From contig CAWCKW010000001.1 of the NCBI GenBank assembly GCA_963796285.1, positions 193 through 64,192 of the forward strand: DNA of 64,000 nt, given 5' to 3'. Numbering within the stretch: the first letter of the stretch is position 1; each line of letters begins with the position of its first letter. Of the stretch, positions 30,193-40,368 are shown in pieces. Under the pieces are notes generated by a model. That model saw nothing but the letters and a program-made list of their open reading frames with translations, made no database searches and was not told where the DNA came from. Source of the DNA: Nitrospirota bacterium. Its GTDB lineage: Bacteria > Nitrospirota > UBA9217. The position numbers were made by a program, and so were the translations under genes.

Positions 30193-31227
30193 TTACCGCC
30201 AGTCCTTCCAGACTGAATTGAGGGCGATGGAGCTGCCATCATCTACTATCGCGCAATTGCGGCCGGCATTTTTTGCGGCGTACATGGCATTATCGGCGCG
30301 CGCCACCCATTCCTGCTGGTTTTCTTCATCATTCAATACCGCTGCGCCGATGGATACGGAAACGGTTTCATCCTGGCAACGCAGGTGTTGTTCAATGAAC
30401 TCGCAGTAATGCTCGGTAATGGTTCGCAACGAAGCGACATCCACTCCCGGCAGCAACAATACAAACTCTTCGCCGCCAATCCGGAAAAAACGGTCTGTTT
30501 TTCTCGAGTTCTTCTTAATCAAATCTGAAAAACTGATCAGGAGACTATCTCCTACCTCATGTCCGTACTTGTCGTTGATGCGCTTGAAGTGATCCAGATC
30601 CATGATCGCCAGCCCATACAAGGATCGGTCCCGTTTATGCGACTTGATGGCGATCTCCAGTTCCTTATCCATGGCACGTCTATTCTGGGTGCCGGTCAGC
30701 GGATCCATGAGCGCCAGGTTTTCCAGCAGCTGTTGCTGGCTCTCGGTGCGAGAGGCGAAAACGAAGGAAACTATACATACCACCAAAGCAGTTACCACGA
30801 ACATCACCACTTCCAACTGAGACTGAAAGGCCTTGCCGTGCCAGGCCAGTAAACCCAGTGCAAACAGGCTCAATGCCAACGCTTTTTTTCGCTGAATCAG
30901 CAGGAAGTTGATCAATAACGCCGGATATGTCCAGAACAATCCGGGCAAGCCCAGCACCGTGGCGCTGACGATACAGCTGGCCGTTGTTGCAACCACCATA
31001 AAGGCGCTCGCACGACTGCTGTTACCCGTCACCAAGGCATAGGTCAATACGGCACAAATGGAAAGCACGATGACCACATCCATGATGCCCGCTATAGTAT
31101 TGCCGCTGGAGAAGCGATACCAGGCAAAGGGAGTAACTCCGACAATCGCGATGGCGCCAAAAATGGTGACGACAGCCAGATCGTAGTCGCTGCGCAGCAG
31201 CCGCTGCCAGATCATCTTTTTTATCAT
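30193..31227 (-). CDS. Membrane-bound diguanylate cyclase (multi-TM N-terminus plus GGDEF domain).
   Basis: DPLTGTQNRRA, DLDHFKRINDKYGH and the RIGGEEF active-site motif. GGAGGG RBS before ATG 31227; an upstream GTG at 31269 is possible. Confidence 0.85.
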   Translation of the reverse strand: MIKKMIWQRLLRSDYDLAVVTIFGAIAIVGVTPFAWYRFSSGNTIAGIMDVVIVLSICAVLTYALVTGNSSRASAFMVVATTASCIVSATVLGLPGLFWTYPALLINFLLIQRKKALALSLFALGLLAWHGKAFQSQLEVVMFVVTALVVCIVSFVFASRTESQQQLLENLALMDPLTGTQNRRAMDKELEIAIKSHKRDRSLYGLAIMDLDHFKRINDKYGHEVGDSLLISFSDLIKKNSRKTDRFFRIGGEEFVLLLPGVDVASLRTITEHYCEFIEQHLRCQDETVSVSIGAAVLNDEENQQEWVARADNAMYAAKNAGRNCAIVDDGSSIALNSVWKDWR

Positions 31228-31867
31228 CTCGTTTCCGCCCTCCAGGCCGCCTTGGAACTGCCTGCTCACAATGAATCAGCTAAATGCTCATGGGAATTTC
31301 CTGTCACGCCCCGACCGCAGTAGCTCTGCCGGGCAGACTTATTTGCGGGTGTTCTCGATCACGATGGAGATGATTCTCCGGACACGGCAACGGTTTGTGA
31401 AGGAATTATCACAGAAGTACAGCCAGGCACATACCGGAAGAGCATCGAAAGGAGAAACACAGCGGCGTGAAGTAAGATAGTCTAACCCCATTGGTGGCCT
31501 CGCGAGTCAATATAGTCGTTTGAGCATCCCAATTGAACCGCTCAGTCTCTTATATGCTTATGACGAATGAGGCAGTTAAACCGCCGATTTAACCGTTGGT
31601 TTTGAACGCTGTTCTCCCCGACCGTAGCGCAGGGTATAGTATAGATAGCGGCAGGGTTTTCTCCACTATGCCGGTAATTGTATCACTATATCAGAAATGA
31701 TTCTACCTGAATCTGCCCGGAAACGGGGAACCTATAGCGTCGCGCCTCGTATCTTGCCAGTCGCGTATATATATCAAAATACAAGGTGTGTCCTTAATGA
31801 CTCTCTAATGACTCCGTATTTCAGTCTCTTCGTGACAGCTTTTGATTTTTTTGTAGGGGCATCAATC

Positions 31868-31896
31868 TTGACAATCCCGGTCGCCCGGTGTATTTT
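31868..31896 (+). promoter_or_regulatory. Sigma70-type promoter candidate for the Lys-rich protein gene.
   Basis: TTGACA (31868-31873), 17 nt spacer, TATTTT (31891-31896). Confidence 0.5.
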
Positions 31897-31939
31897 GTCT
31901 CATACTGGTCTGACACCCGTACGAAGTGAGGAGGATGAA

Positions 31940-32206
31940 ATGCGCTTGCTTTATATATTGCTGACCTTGTGTTTACTGGCTGCGCCTGCAATGCTCCGCG
32001 CCGATGAGGCGGAGTCCGCAAAGGAAGGATTCAAAGAGGTCCACGAGGGGATGAAGAAGGTGACGACGTCCGTGGGCAAGAAGGCCAAGAAGGACTTCAA
32101 GACCATAGACAAGGAGGCGAAAAAGAACTGGAAGGCCATTGACAAGAACGCCAAGAAGACCTGGAAAAAGGCCGGCGAGGATATTAAAAAGACCACGAAA
32201 GACTGA
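31940..32206 (+). CDS. Secreted Lys-rich protein with three tandem 11-residue repeats.
   Basis: GAGGAGGA RBS. Signal peptide MRLLYILLTLCLLAAPAMLRA. Repeats AKKDFKTIDKE / AKKNWKAIDKN / AKKTWKKAGED. Confidence 0.65.
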   Translation: MRLLYILLTLCLLAAPAMLRADEAESAKEGFKEVHEGMKKVTTSVGKKAKKDFKTIDKEAKKNWKAIDKNAKKTWKKAGEDIKKTTKD

Positions 32207-32349
32207 TCCCGAACGGACAGGAGATGATAAGGCCTGTCCCTGATACGATTCTTCATTGACATTCCTACCGCAGCATTATATCCTGTTTCTATAACTGTAT
32301 TGCAAACTCCCGATGAGAGGCATGACATGATCCTGATCCAGATCAAGGA

Positions 32350-34965
32350 ATGGCCGCACGCTATCCGGACAAGATCGCCGTCCAGATGAAAGCAGGAGAC
32401 CGGTATCAGCAGTACACCTACCGGGACCTCATCAGGAGCGTAGCGTCCGTTACCCGATCGCTTTCCGAAACGGGATCAACAAGGGCGACCGCGTTGGCCT
32501 TTTTTCGGAGAACAGGCCGGAGTGGATGATCGCGTATCTCGCTGTCGTTTCTTTCGGCGCGGTCATCGTGCCGCTGGACGCGCAGCTGACCGCGAAAGAG
32601 GTCGCCGTCCTGCTTGCGAACTCCGGGGCAAAGGCGGTCTTTGTATCGGCTGACAGCAGGCAGAAACTTCCCCGAAGCGAGCCGCTCGTGATCATCTCGT
32701 TTGATCCCGGGGACGGCATACCGTTCTCCCGTATGGTCACGTCCTATCCCGATGCGCGCGCTCCCGCCCGCGCATGCAGCCAGATGACCTGGCAGCTCTC
32801 CTGTATACCTCAGGGACAACAGGCGATCCCAAAGGGGTGATGCTCTCGCACGGCAATCTGGCGTCGAACCTGGCGAGCGTCATCAAACTCAAAATCATCG
32901 AACACGAGGACAACCTCCTCTGCCTCCTTCCTCTTCACCATACCTATCCCGCAATGGCGTGCATGCTGCTGCCGCTCGCGCTCGGCGGGCAGGTGACGAT
33001 CCTGAACAGCTTGAAGGGGCCGGACATCCTAGCCTGCATGCAGGAGACCGGGGTCACCGCCATGGTCGGCGTGCCGCAACTCTTCACGGCGCTCCGCAAT
33101 GCCATCTTCGACGGGATCCGCAAAAAGCCCGGCCCTGTCCAGGCGCTGGTAAAGCTCTTGCTCGCTCTCAACAGACTGCTTCGAATTACAGCGGGATTCA
33201 ATGCCGGCAAGGTCGCTCTTTGGAACCGTGCACGCGAAATTCGGCCCGAAGTTCAGGCTGTTCGCGAGCGGAGGCGCCCGGCTCGATCCCGAGGTGTACC
33301 GCGATATGACCGATCTCGGGTTCACTGTCATTGAAGGGTACGGCCTTACCGAAACGTCCCCGGTTTCCACGTTCAACCCGCTCTCGAAGCAGAAGGCCGG
33401 ATCCATCGGCATCCCGGTCCCTGATGTCGAGGTCAGGATCGTCAATCCCGACGAGCACGGCATGGGAGAGATCGCGATACGCGGGCCGAACGTGATGCTC
33501 GGGTATTACAAGAAACCGCAGGAGACCGCGGAGGTCCTTCGTGACGGATGGTTCTACTACCGGGGACCTGGGCTATCGTGATAAGGACGGCTACTTCTTC
33601 ATCACCGGCAGGTCCAAGGAGATGATCGTGCTCGCGACGGGCAAGAAGATCTTTCCCGACGAGCTCGAGAAGTTCTATAAACAGATACCGGCGATCAAGG
33701 AGATCTGTCTCATCCAGGGCGAGCGCGGGATCGAGGCCGCGGTGGTCCCGGATTTCGATTACCTCAAAAAAATGAACCTCTCCAACTCACGAGAGACCAT
33801 TGCCTTCGAGATCGAAGACCTTGCAAAAGACCTGCCGCCGTACAAGCGGATCACGGGGCTGAAGATCTTCAAGGACCCCTTTCCGGCCACGCGCCTGGGC
33901 AAACTCAAGCGCAGCCAGGTGAGGGACATGTATCTGAAGAACGGCGAACGGACCGAGAAGCCGGTGACCGTGGTTGACAGCGACCTGCTCTCGACGCCGG
34001 TGGCAAAAAAGCTCTTGGCCTGCCTCGAACCCTTCTCCGCAAAAAAGAACATCGCTCCCGACGACAACCTGGAGCTTGACCTGGGACTTGATTCGCTCAC
34101 CCGGGTCGAGCTGGTCGTGAGCATCGAAAGGTCCTTCGACATCAGCCTGCCCGAGTCTTTCGGGAGCGAGCTCTTCACCGTAAAAGACGCGGTGCTCAAG
34201 TTGCAGGAGCTGCTGGCCTCCGGGCCGCTCAAGGCCGGTGAGGGCGTGCGGATGTCGTGGGCCAAGATCCTTGCGGAGGAACCTGCAGAAGAGGTAAGAG
34301 AATCGATCAGGCTTGAATTCGGTCCGGTGCTGGGCACGGTGCGGTCTCTGCTCAAGCTGCTGTTTACCCTGGTGCTGAGGGTATATGGCCGTCTGTCAGT
34401 CACGGGCATCGAGAACCTGCCGGTCAAGGGCCCGTATATCATCGCTCCGAATCATCTGAGCTTCGCGGACGCGCCATTCATCGGCGCTGCGATCTCCCAG
34501 GAGACTGCGGACCAGCTCTTTTCCCTCGGCACAACCGACGTTTTCAAAGGTCCGGTCATGTTGCCCCTGGCGCGGTTTTTACACGTGATCCCCGTGGACA
34601 TGGAGACCAAGCTGTACAACGCCCTTCAGTTGTCGGCGTACGTGCTCCGCCGGGGCAAGATCCTGCTCGCCTTTCCCGAAGGCAGCCGTTCGCGCGACGG
34701 CAGGACCAGGGAGTTCAAAAAAGGCGTGGGGATCATTGCCAGGGAACTGAACGTCCCTATTGTGCCGGTGGCGATCCGGGGGACGTATGAGATGCTGCCG
34801 ACGGGGCGTCTCTTCCCGAGGCCTTCAAAGGTCATGGTTTCATTCGGCAAACCGGTCCATCCCGGCGGCAGGGACTACGACGAGATCGTGAAAACACTAT
34901 ACGGGGACGTGGTGAAGATGCTGGAGGGGCAGAGGTCGGTAACAAGAAGTCAGAACCCGGACTAA
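32350..34965 (+). CDS. Tri-domain fusion of acyl-AMP/CoA ligase (AMP-binding), acyl carrier (PP-binding) and PlsC-type acyltransferase. It has 4 apparent frameshifts.
   Basis: LLYTSGTTGDPKGV and GYGLTETSP mark the AMP-binding domain. LGLDSLTRVELV marks the carrier Ser. APNHLSFADAPF (HX4D) and FPEGSRSRDG mark the PlsC blocks. Frame switches are near 32476, 32760-32780, 33218 and 33560. Confidence 0.8.
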
Positions 34966-35123
34966 AGCTCAGGGTCATGCGGCGATCCATGTCGGCCTGT
35001 CTCCGTGGTTACCATGAGGGGTTATCCATGATGAATAAAATAAAGACCATTCTCGAGATGATGACACTGAATCACACGCTCTTTGCGCGGCCCTTCTCGT
35101 ATAGCGGAGCGCGTGAGGTGCTT

Positions 35124-36020
35124 ATGAAATACGGGAAGCGATGCTCGATCTGTATTTTAGTCGTCGTGCTCGCCTCTTGTGCGACAACGCAGGGACCGCC
35201 TGTGACGGAGAGCCCAAAGCCAAGGATCGCGCTCGTGCTCGGAGGCGGCGCAGCGCGCGGTTTCGCGCACATCGGTGTCATCCGTGCGCTTGAGCAGGAG
35301 AAGATCCCGATCGATATGATCATCGGCACGAGCGTTGGGAGCCTTATCGGCGCGATCTATGCGTCGGACGCGAACAGCTTTGAACTTGAATGGACGGCAT
35401 TTTCTCTTGAGAAAGACCAGGTTTTTGATTACGGGATTCTCTCCGCGTTTACCAGTATGGGTTTGGCCAAGGGCGATAAGCTGGAAGACTTCGTAAAGTC
35501 CAAGGTCCCGGCTGCAAACATCGAGGACCTCAAACTGCCCTTTGCGGCAATCGCGACAGACCTGAACCGCGGAACGCGCGTGGTCCTTGACCATGGCTCC
35601 GTGGCCAAAGCAGTGCACGCAAGCAGCGCCATCCCCGGCGTATTCAACCCGGTGGATTACCAGGGGAAGCTCCTGGTCGACGGCGGCGTGGTGGAGAATC
35701 TCCCGAGCTCCGTAGCACGGGAAAGGGGTGCCGACATCGTGATCGCTGTGGACATCAGCGAGAATGTGGTCAATTTCAACATTACGAACCTCATCGATGT
35801 CATGCTGCAGGCGGTCACTATCATGTCCAGCGAGAATGTGAAATATACGAGAAAGAATGCCGATGTGCTCATTACACCGGCTGTAGGCGACGTGGGGATG
35901 CTCGATTTCAGCCAGAAAAAGCGGTGCATGCAGGCGGGCATCGAGGCGGCGCAGAAGGCCATGCCGGACATCAAGAAGAAGATCGGGGAGTGGGAAAAAA
36001 AACAGCTGCCGAAAAAATAA
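35124..36020 (+). CDS. Patatin-like phospholipase, lipoprotein signal.
   Basis: Lipobox LASC. Motifs GGGAARG, GTSVG (GxSxG) and VDGGV (DGG). Confidence 0.85.
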   Translation: MKYGKRCSICILVVVLASCATTQGPPVTESPKPRIALVLGGGAARGFAHIGVIRALEQEKIPIDMIIGTSVGSLIGAIYASDANSFELEWTAFSLEKDQVFDYGILSAFTSMGLAKGDKLEDFVKSKVPAANIEDLKLPFAAIATDLNRGTRVVLDHGSVAKAVHASSAIPGVFNPVDYQGKLLVDGGVVENLPSSVARERGADIVIAVDISENVVNFNITNLIDVMLQAVTIMSSENVKYTRKNADVLITPAVGDVGMLDFSQKKRCMQAGIEAAQKAMPDIKKKIGEWEKKQLPKK

Positions 36021-36188
36021 AAAGTACCCTGACAGGGAGAGCAGCGAAATTCCAGGGTGAACAACAAGAGCTGCCAATCATTGAATAAGTCCGGTTACCG
36101 GTGTCCGAGGGTCTTTGGGCAATGGGGTGTTCGATCCACTTGCTCCCTGCCTCAAGGTGTCCCTGAATAATGGTTTTGAAAGGGTGAC

Positions 36189-37040
36189 ATGCTGGAAAAA
36201 ATCAAGATCATCCTCGAAATGATCAAGTTCGAACACACGATCTTCGCGCTGCCCTTTGCCTTTACCGGCGCGCTGCTGGCGGCAAGGGGAGTGCCGCCGT
36301 GGAGCACGGTCCTCTGGATCACCGTGGCCATGGTCGGTGCGCGCTCGGCAGCCATGGGGTTTAACCGCTGGGCGGACCGGGTTTTCGATGCCGAGAACCC
36401 GAGGACCAACATGCGTGCCCTTCCCAAGGGACTGGTAACGCCGGCCCAGGTGATCCTGTTTACCGCGGTCTCGTCGGTCCTTCTGGTATACGCTGCTTAT
36501 CGGTTGAACGCGCTCAGTTTCGTTCTGTCACCCCTAGCTCTTGCGATCGTGTTCTTCTACTCCTATACCAAGCGGTTCACCTTCCTGTCGCATGCGTTTC
36601 TGGGTTTCGCCATCTGCCTTGCGCCGATCGGCGCATGGATAGCGGTGACAGGAAGGCTTGCAGTTCCTGCTCTCGTGCTCGGGGCCGCGGTGTTGTTCTG
36701 GCTGCTGGGGTTCGACGTACTCTACGCACTCCAGGACATGGACTTTGACCGGAAGGCAGGCCTCCATTCCATCCCCCAGCGGTTCGGGATCGGGCGATCG
36801 CTCTGGATCTCCCGTGGTTCTCACGCGGTCACGATGGCCGCTCTCTTCTGGCTGTACGCGCTGCTCTCGCTGGGGTGGTTATTTCTTGCGGGCGTGATCA
36901 TTGCCCTCTGCTTGATCATCTACGAGCACACGCTGGTCAAGGAACACGATCTTTCAAAACTGAACATGGCTTTTTTCAATATGAACGGCTACATCAGCGT
37001 TACGATCTTCGTGTTCACGCTGCTCGATGTCCTGCTGTAG
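36189..37040 (+). CDS. UbiA family aromatic prenyltransferase (4-hydroxybenzoate polyprenyltransferase-like).
   Basis: NRWADRVFDAENPRT (NxxxDxxxD) and DMDFDRKAG as the second Asp-rich motif. Multi-TM. Confidence 0.85.
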   Translation: MLEKIKIILEMIKFEHTIFALPFAFTGALLAARGVPPWSTVLWITVAMVGARSAAMGFNRWADRVFDAENPRTNMRALPKGLVTPAQVILFTAVSSVLLVYAAYRLNALSFVLSPLALAIVFFYSYTKRFTFLSHAFLGFAICLAPIGAWIAVTGRLAVPALVLGAAVLFWLLGFDVLYALQDMDFDRKAGLHSIPQRFGIGRSLWISRGSHAVTMAALFWLYALLSLGWLFLAGVIIALCLIIYEHTLVKEHDLSKLNMAFFNMNGYISVTIFVFTLLDVLL

Positions 37041-37161
37041 ATTCTGAGCGGTGGAGGACCGGACCTATTGCGCACGATCCTGTTATGCCGGGGAATTGAC
37101 AAACTGCATGGATGCTGGTATGTTTATAAACGGTAAAATTAATATTTAAAAAGGGGGAAAA

Positions 37162-37854
37162 ATGAAATCACGTCTCGTAATCATCTTATGCATCGCTCTG
37201 GCGGCAAGTCCCGCCATGGCCGGGGAAAAGAAGGAACTGAAGACCCAGAAGGACAAAGTGAGTTATGCGATAGGCCTGGACGTGGGCAACAGCCTGAAAA
37301 AAAATGAGCTCGATGTTGACCCCGATATTCTCGCAACGGCGATCAAGGACGTCTTGTCCAACAGCAAACCCCTGATGACCGATCAGGAGACAAAAGAAAC
37401 CCTCATGGCTTTGCAGAAGGACCTCCAGGCAAAACAGCTGGAGCGGAACAAAGTGCTCGGAGAGAAGAACAAGAAAGAAGGGGATGCATTTCTTGCAAAG
37501 AACAAGAAACTGGAAGGGGTCAAGACCCTGCCAAGCGGGCTGCAATACAAGGTCATCTCGGCGGGCAAAGGCAAGACCCCTAAAGCAAGCGATACGGTGA
37601 CGGTGAATTACACCGGCAAGCTGATCGACGGGGCCGAGTTCGACAGCTCATACAAGCGCGGACAACCCGCAACGTTCCCCGTGGGCGGCGTGATCAAGGG
37701 ATGGACCGAGGCACTCCAGCTCATGAAGGAAGGCTCCAAGTGGCAGCTCGTTATACCTGCGGACCTCGCATACGGTGAACAAGGCAGGCCGGGAATCCCC
37801 CCGAACTCGGTATTGATCTTCGAAGTCGAGTTGGTCTCTATCAAGGCGCAATAA
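37162..37854 (+). CDS. FKBP-type peptidyl-prolyl isomerase (Mip/FkpA-like) with signal peptide.
   Basis: VTVNYTGKLIDGAEFDSSY...GVIKGWTEALQLMKEGSKW..IPADLAYG. Confidence 0.9.
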   Translation: MKSRLVIILCIALAASPAMAGEKKELKTQKDKVSYAIGLDVGNSLKKNELDVDPDILATAIKDVLSNSKPLMTDQETKETLMALQKDLQAKQLERNKVLGEKNKKEGDAFLAKNKKLEGVKTLPSGLQYKVISAGKGKTPKASDTVTVNYTGKLIDGAEFDSSYKRGQPATFPVGGVIKGWTEALQLMKEGSKWQLVIPADLAYGEQGRPGIPPNSVLIFEVELVSIKAQ

Positions 37855-37862
37855 AATCATGA

Positions 37863-37893
37863 AGGCTGACCCTGAACGGGTCGGCCTTTTTTG
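37863..37893 (+). terminator. Rho-independent terminator after the FKBP gene.
   Basis: aggctgaccc / gggtcggcct stem with one G-U pair, followed by a T6 run. Confidence 0.8.
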
Positions 37894-38038
37894 TATATGG
37901 ATGAGGACACTATTTGATATGCACGCAAGGTGAGCGCTCACAATCGTCACCATCGAGCTGGTCAGGAAGGGTGACGGTAACTCCATAACAAGAGGAAGCG
38001 GAAAATCTAAGATAAATAAAAGAAAGAGGTGACGGATC

Positions 38039-38101
38039 ATGGCAAAATCACAGCAGGGTTCAAAGAAGGAAGTCAAGAAGCCGAAGAGCAAAAAGAAGTA
38101 A
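38039..38101 (+). CDS. Possible 20-aa basic micro-ORF (MAKSQQGSKKEVKKPKSKKK).
   Basis: AGAGGTGA-like RBS 8 nt upstream of the ATG. It lies 38 nt upstream of the WD40 gene. No homology is recognised. Confidence 0.2.
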   Translation: MAKSQQGSKKEVKKPKSKKK

Positions 38102-38138
38102 ACGCTTCGTACAACTAACATATTGGGAGGTACTGACA

Positions 38139-39173
38139 ATGAAACTGAGAACCACCGTGATCGTTATCATGCTCCTTTTCACGTCCTATGTGTCATCAGA
38201 AGCAGGGCCTTCATCTCCGTTGAACTATGAAAAGATCAAGACCCTCAGAGGTTATTCCAGAGACGTGCTCTCTATCGCATTCAGCCCATCTGCTAAAGTC
38301 ATGGCGATCGGCACCTCCGACAAGGAAGTCATCATTTGGGATACTACAACTTGGGAAATCATCAACAAGCTCAAAGAAAACGATGGAAACGTCAATGCTC
38401 TGGCATTCAGTCATGACGGGAAATATCTGGCCTCAGGAGATCGGGATCACAAGGTGATTCTATGGGACGCACAAACATGGAAGAAAATCACCAAGATAAA
38501 GGCCCTCAATAGCGTGAGGGCGCTTTCGTTCAATAAGGACGATAGTCTCCTGGCGATCGCTGGCGACGACAAGAAAGCCATGTTGTGGAATATTAAAAAA
38601 GACGACTTGTTCAAAAAATTAAGCGGCCACGATGATGATGTAAAAGGAATAGCGTTCAGCCCCGACGGGTCACGGGTGGCCACGGGCAGCAAGGATAAGT
38701 CTGTAATTATTTGGGACGCGGTCACGGGAGATAAAATCAAAGCCCTGAACGGTCATTCGAATGATGTCAATACGGTCGCGTACAGCCCCGACGGCAAGCA
38801 CCTTGTCTCTGGCAGTGACGACAACACGATCATGATCTGGGATGCAACATCGGGGAATGCGGGCAAGTCTCTGGAAGGGCATTCCGACAAGATGTCCATC
38901 CTGTCATTCATCCCCGGCAGCAATGTCCTGACGTCTGGTGACTCAATATCCTCTGCAGTCGTCGTGAGAGGCCCTTTTGGAATTCCCGTGGCAGGTGCCG
39001 GCTCGGAGAGCGCCTGTAAGTTGATCTTTTGGAACATTACGACTGCTGCCCAGCTGAAAGAGATCGATGGCGATTGCGGACTCAGCAGCCTTGCGTACAG
39101 CCCGGATGGAAAATATCTCGCAGCCGGCTACGCGGTAAATAACAGCTTCATCACGGTTTATGAGCGTAAATAG
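38139..39173 (+). CDS. WD40-repeat beta-propeller protein with signal peptide.
   Basis: Repeated units of the type GHSxDVxxVAFSPDGKxLxSGSxDxTIxIWD (6-7 blades). N-terminal hydrophobic signal. Confidence 0.85.
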   Translation: MKLRTTVIVIMLLFTSYVSSEAGPSSPLNYEKIKTLRGYSRDVLSIAFSPSAKVMAIGTSDKEVIIWDTTTWEIINKLKENDGNVNALAFSHDGKYLASGDRDHKVILWDAQTWKKITKIKALNSVRALSFNKDDSLLAIAGDDKKAMLWNIKKDDLFKKLSGHDDDVKGIAFSPDGSRVATGSKDKSVIIWDAVTGDKIKALNGHSNDVNTVAYSPDGKHLVSGSDDNTIMIWDATSGNAGKSLEGHSDKMSILSFIPGSNVLTSGDSISSAVVVRGPFGIPVAGAGSESACKLIFWNITTAAQLKEIDGDCGLSSLAYSPDGKYLAAGYAVNNSFITVYERK

Positions 39174-39287
39174 GGTTCGTTAATAGAGCCTGCTATGGTA
39201 ACAATCGAACTTTGGGGGACGTCCACTAGTGTCCCCCTTTTCATTGCATTAACGTGAATGCCGGACCGTGAGAAGAGGAATTGGTCC

Positions 39288-40368
39288 ATGACTGAACAGA
39301 GTGATTACCATCGCGGAACGCGCATACTCGTCATCGTGGCGGCGCTCGCCATCATCACGGCGAGCATACATCAGGCACAATCGGTCCTGGTATCGTTTCT
39401 CATCGCTGTTTTCCTGGCTGCCATCGGCACGCCGTCGCTGCTCTGGCTCGAGCGGAAACGCATTCCTCATGTAGTTGCGGTGTTGCTCGTAGTGGCGGGC
39501 ATGGCTGCTATTCTCGTGGTTATCGGAGTACTCGTCGGCACGTCCCTTAACAGTTTTTACGCTGACCTCCCGAATTATCAGATACGCATACAGAAGCATG
39601 TTTCTTCACTCCAGACGTTTTTGGCAACCAAGGGCATCCGGTTCACGGACTCGTTTCTGTTCGATCCAGTCAACGCGGAAGCGGTGAGGAATTTGAACGC
39701 CAGCCTGCTCACGGGGCTGGGGTCGGCGCTGTTCGAGATCGTCGTGATCCTGCTCATCGTAACCTTCATTCTCCTTGAAGCCTCAAGCTTCCCCGTCAAA
39801 CTGCGCGCTATTCTCGGTGATCCACAGAAGGACTTTCACCCGTTTATGGGGTTCGTCTATGACATCAACCGCTACATGGTCATAAAGACGGGGATCAGCC
39901 TGACCGTGGGCGTTCTGATCGGGTTATGGTTGTGAGATACTCGGCGTGGACTTTCCCATTCTCTGGGGTTTCCTGGCATTTTTACTCCACTATGTTCCTA
40001 ATATCGGCGCCCTGATCGCCGCCGTTCCCGCGGTTTTTCTTGCCCTTATCCAGCTCGGGCCAGGTCCTGCCGCGCTCGCGGCTGCCGGATATCTGGCCGT
40101 TGATTTCATTCTTGGCAACGTGGTCGAGCCAAGGCTCATGGGTCGGAGGCTTGGCCTGTCCACGCTGGTTGTCTTTCTCTCGTTGATTTTTTGGGGAGGA
40201 CTGCTCGGTCTTATCGGCGTGGTTCTGTGCATACCGTTGACCATGACCCTGAAGTTCGCATGCGAGAATAATAAAAGCACACGATGGATCGCGGTATTGC
40301 TCGGGCCCGAGATGTCCCCTGCGCAGGATCCAACGGCATTGAAAAAGGGAACAGATCCTGCGGTCTGA
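39288..40368 (+). CDS. AI-2E family transporter (PerM/YhhT-like). Apparent frameshift at about 39930.
   Basis: Multi-TM. The junction is ...GISLTVGVLIGLWL / GVDFPILWGFLAFLLHYVPNIGALIAAVP, the conserved AI-2E core. Confidence 0.8.

Noticed and set aside
31309-31630. Short direct repeat CCCCGACCG(CAG)TAGC at 31309 and 31616, considered as att-like boundaries of an insertion.
   Set aside because: Only 9 contiguous matching nt. There is no integrase, and the repeats do not bracket the lower-GC GGDEF gene.
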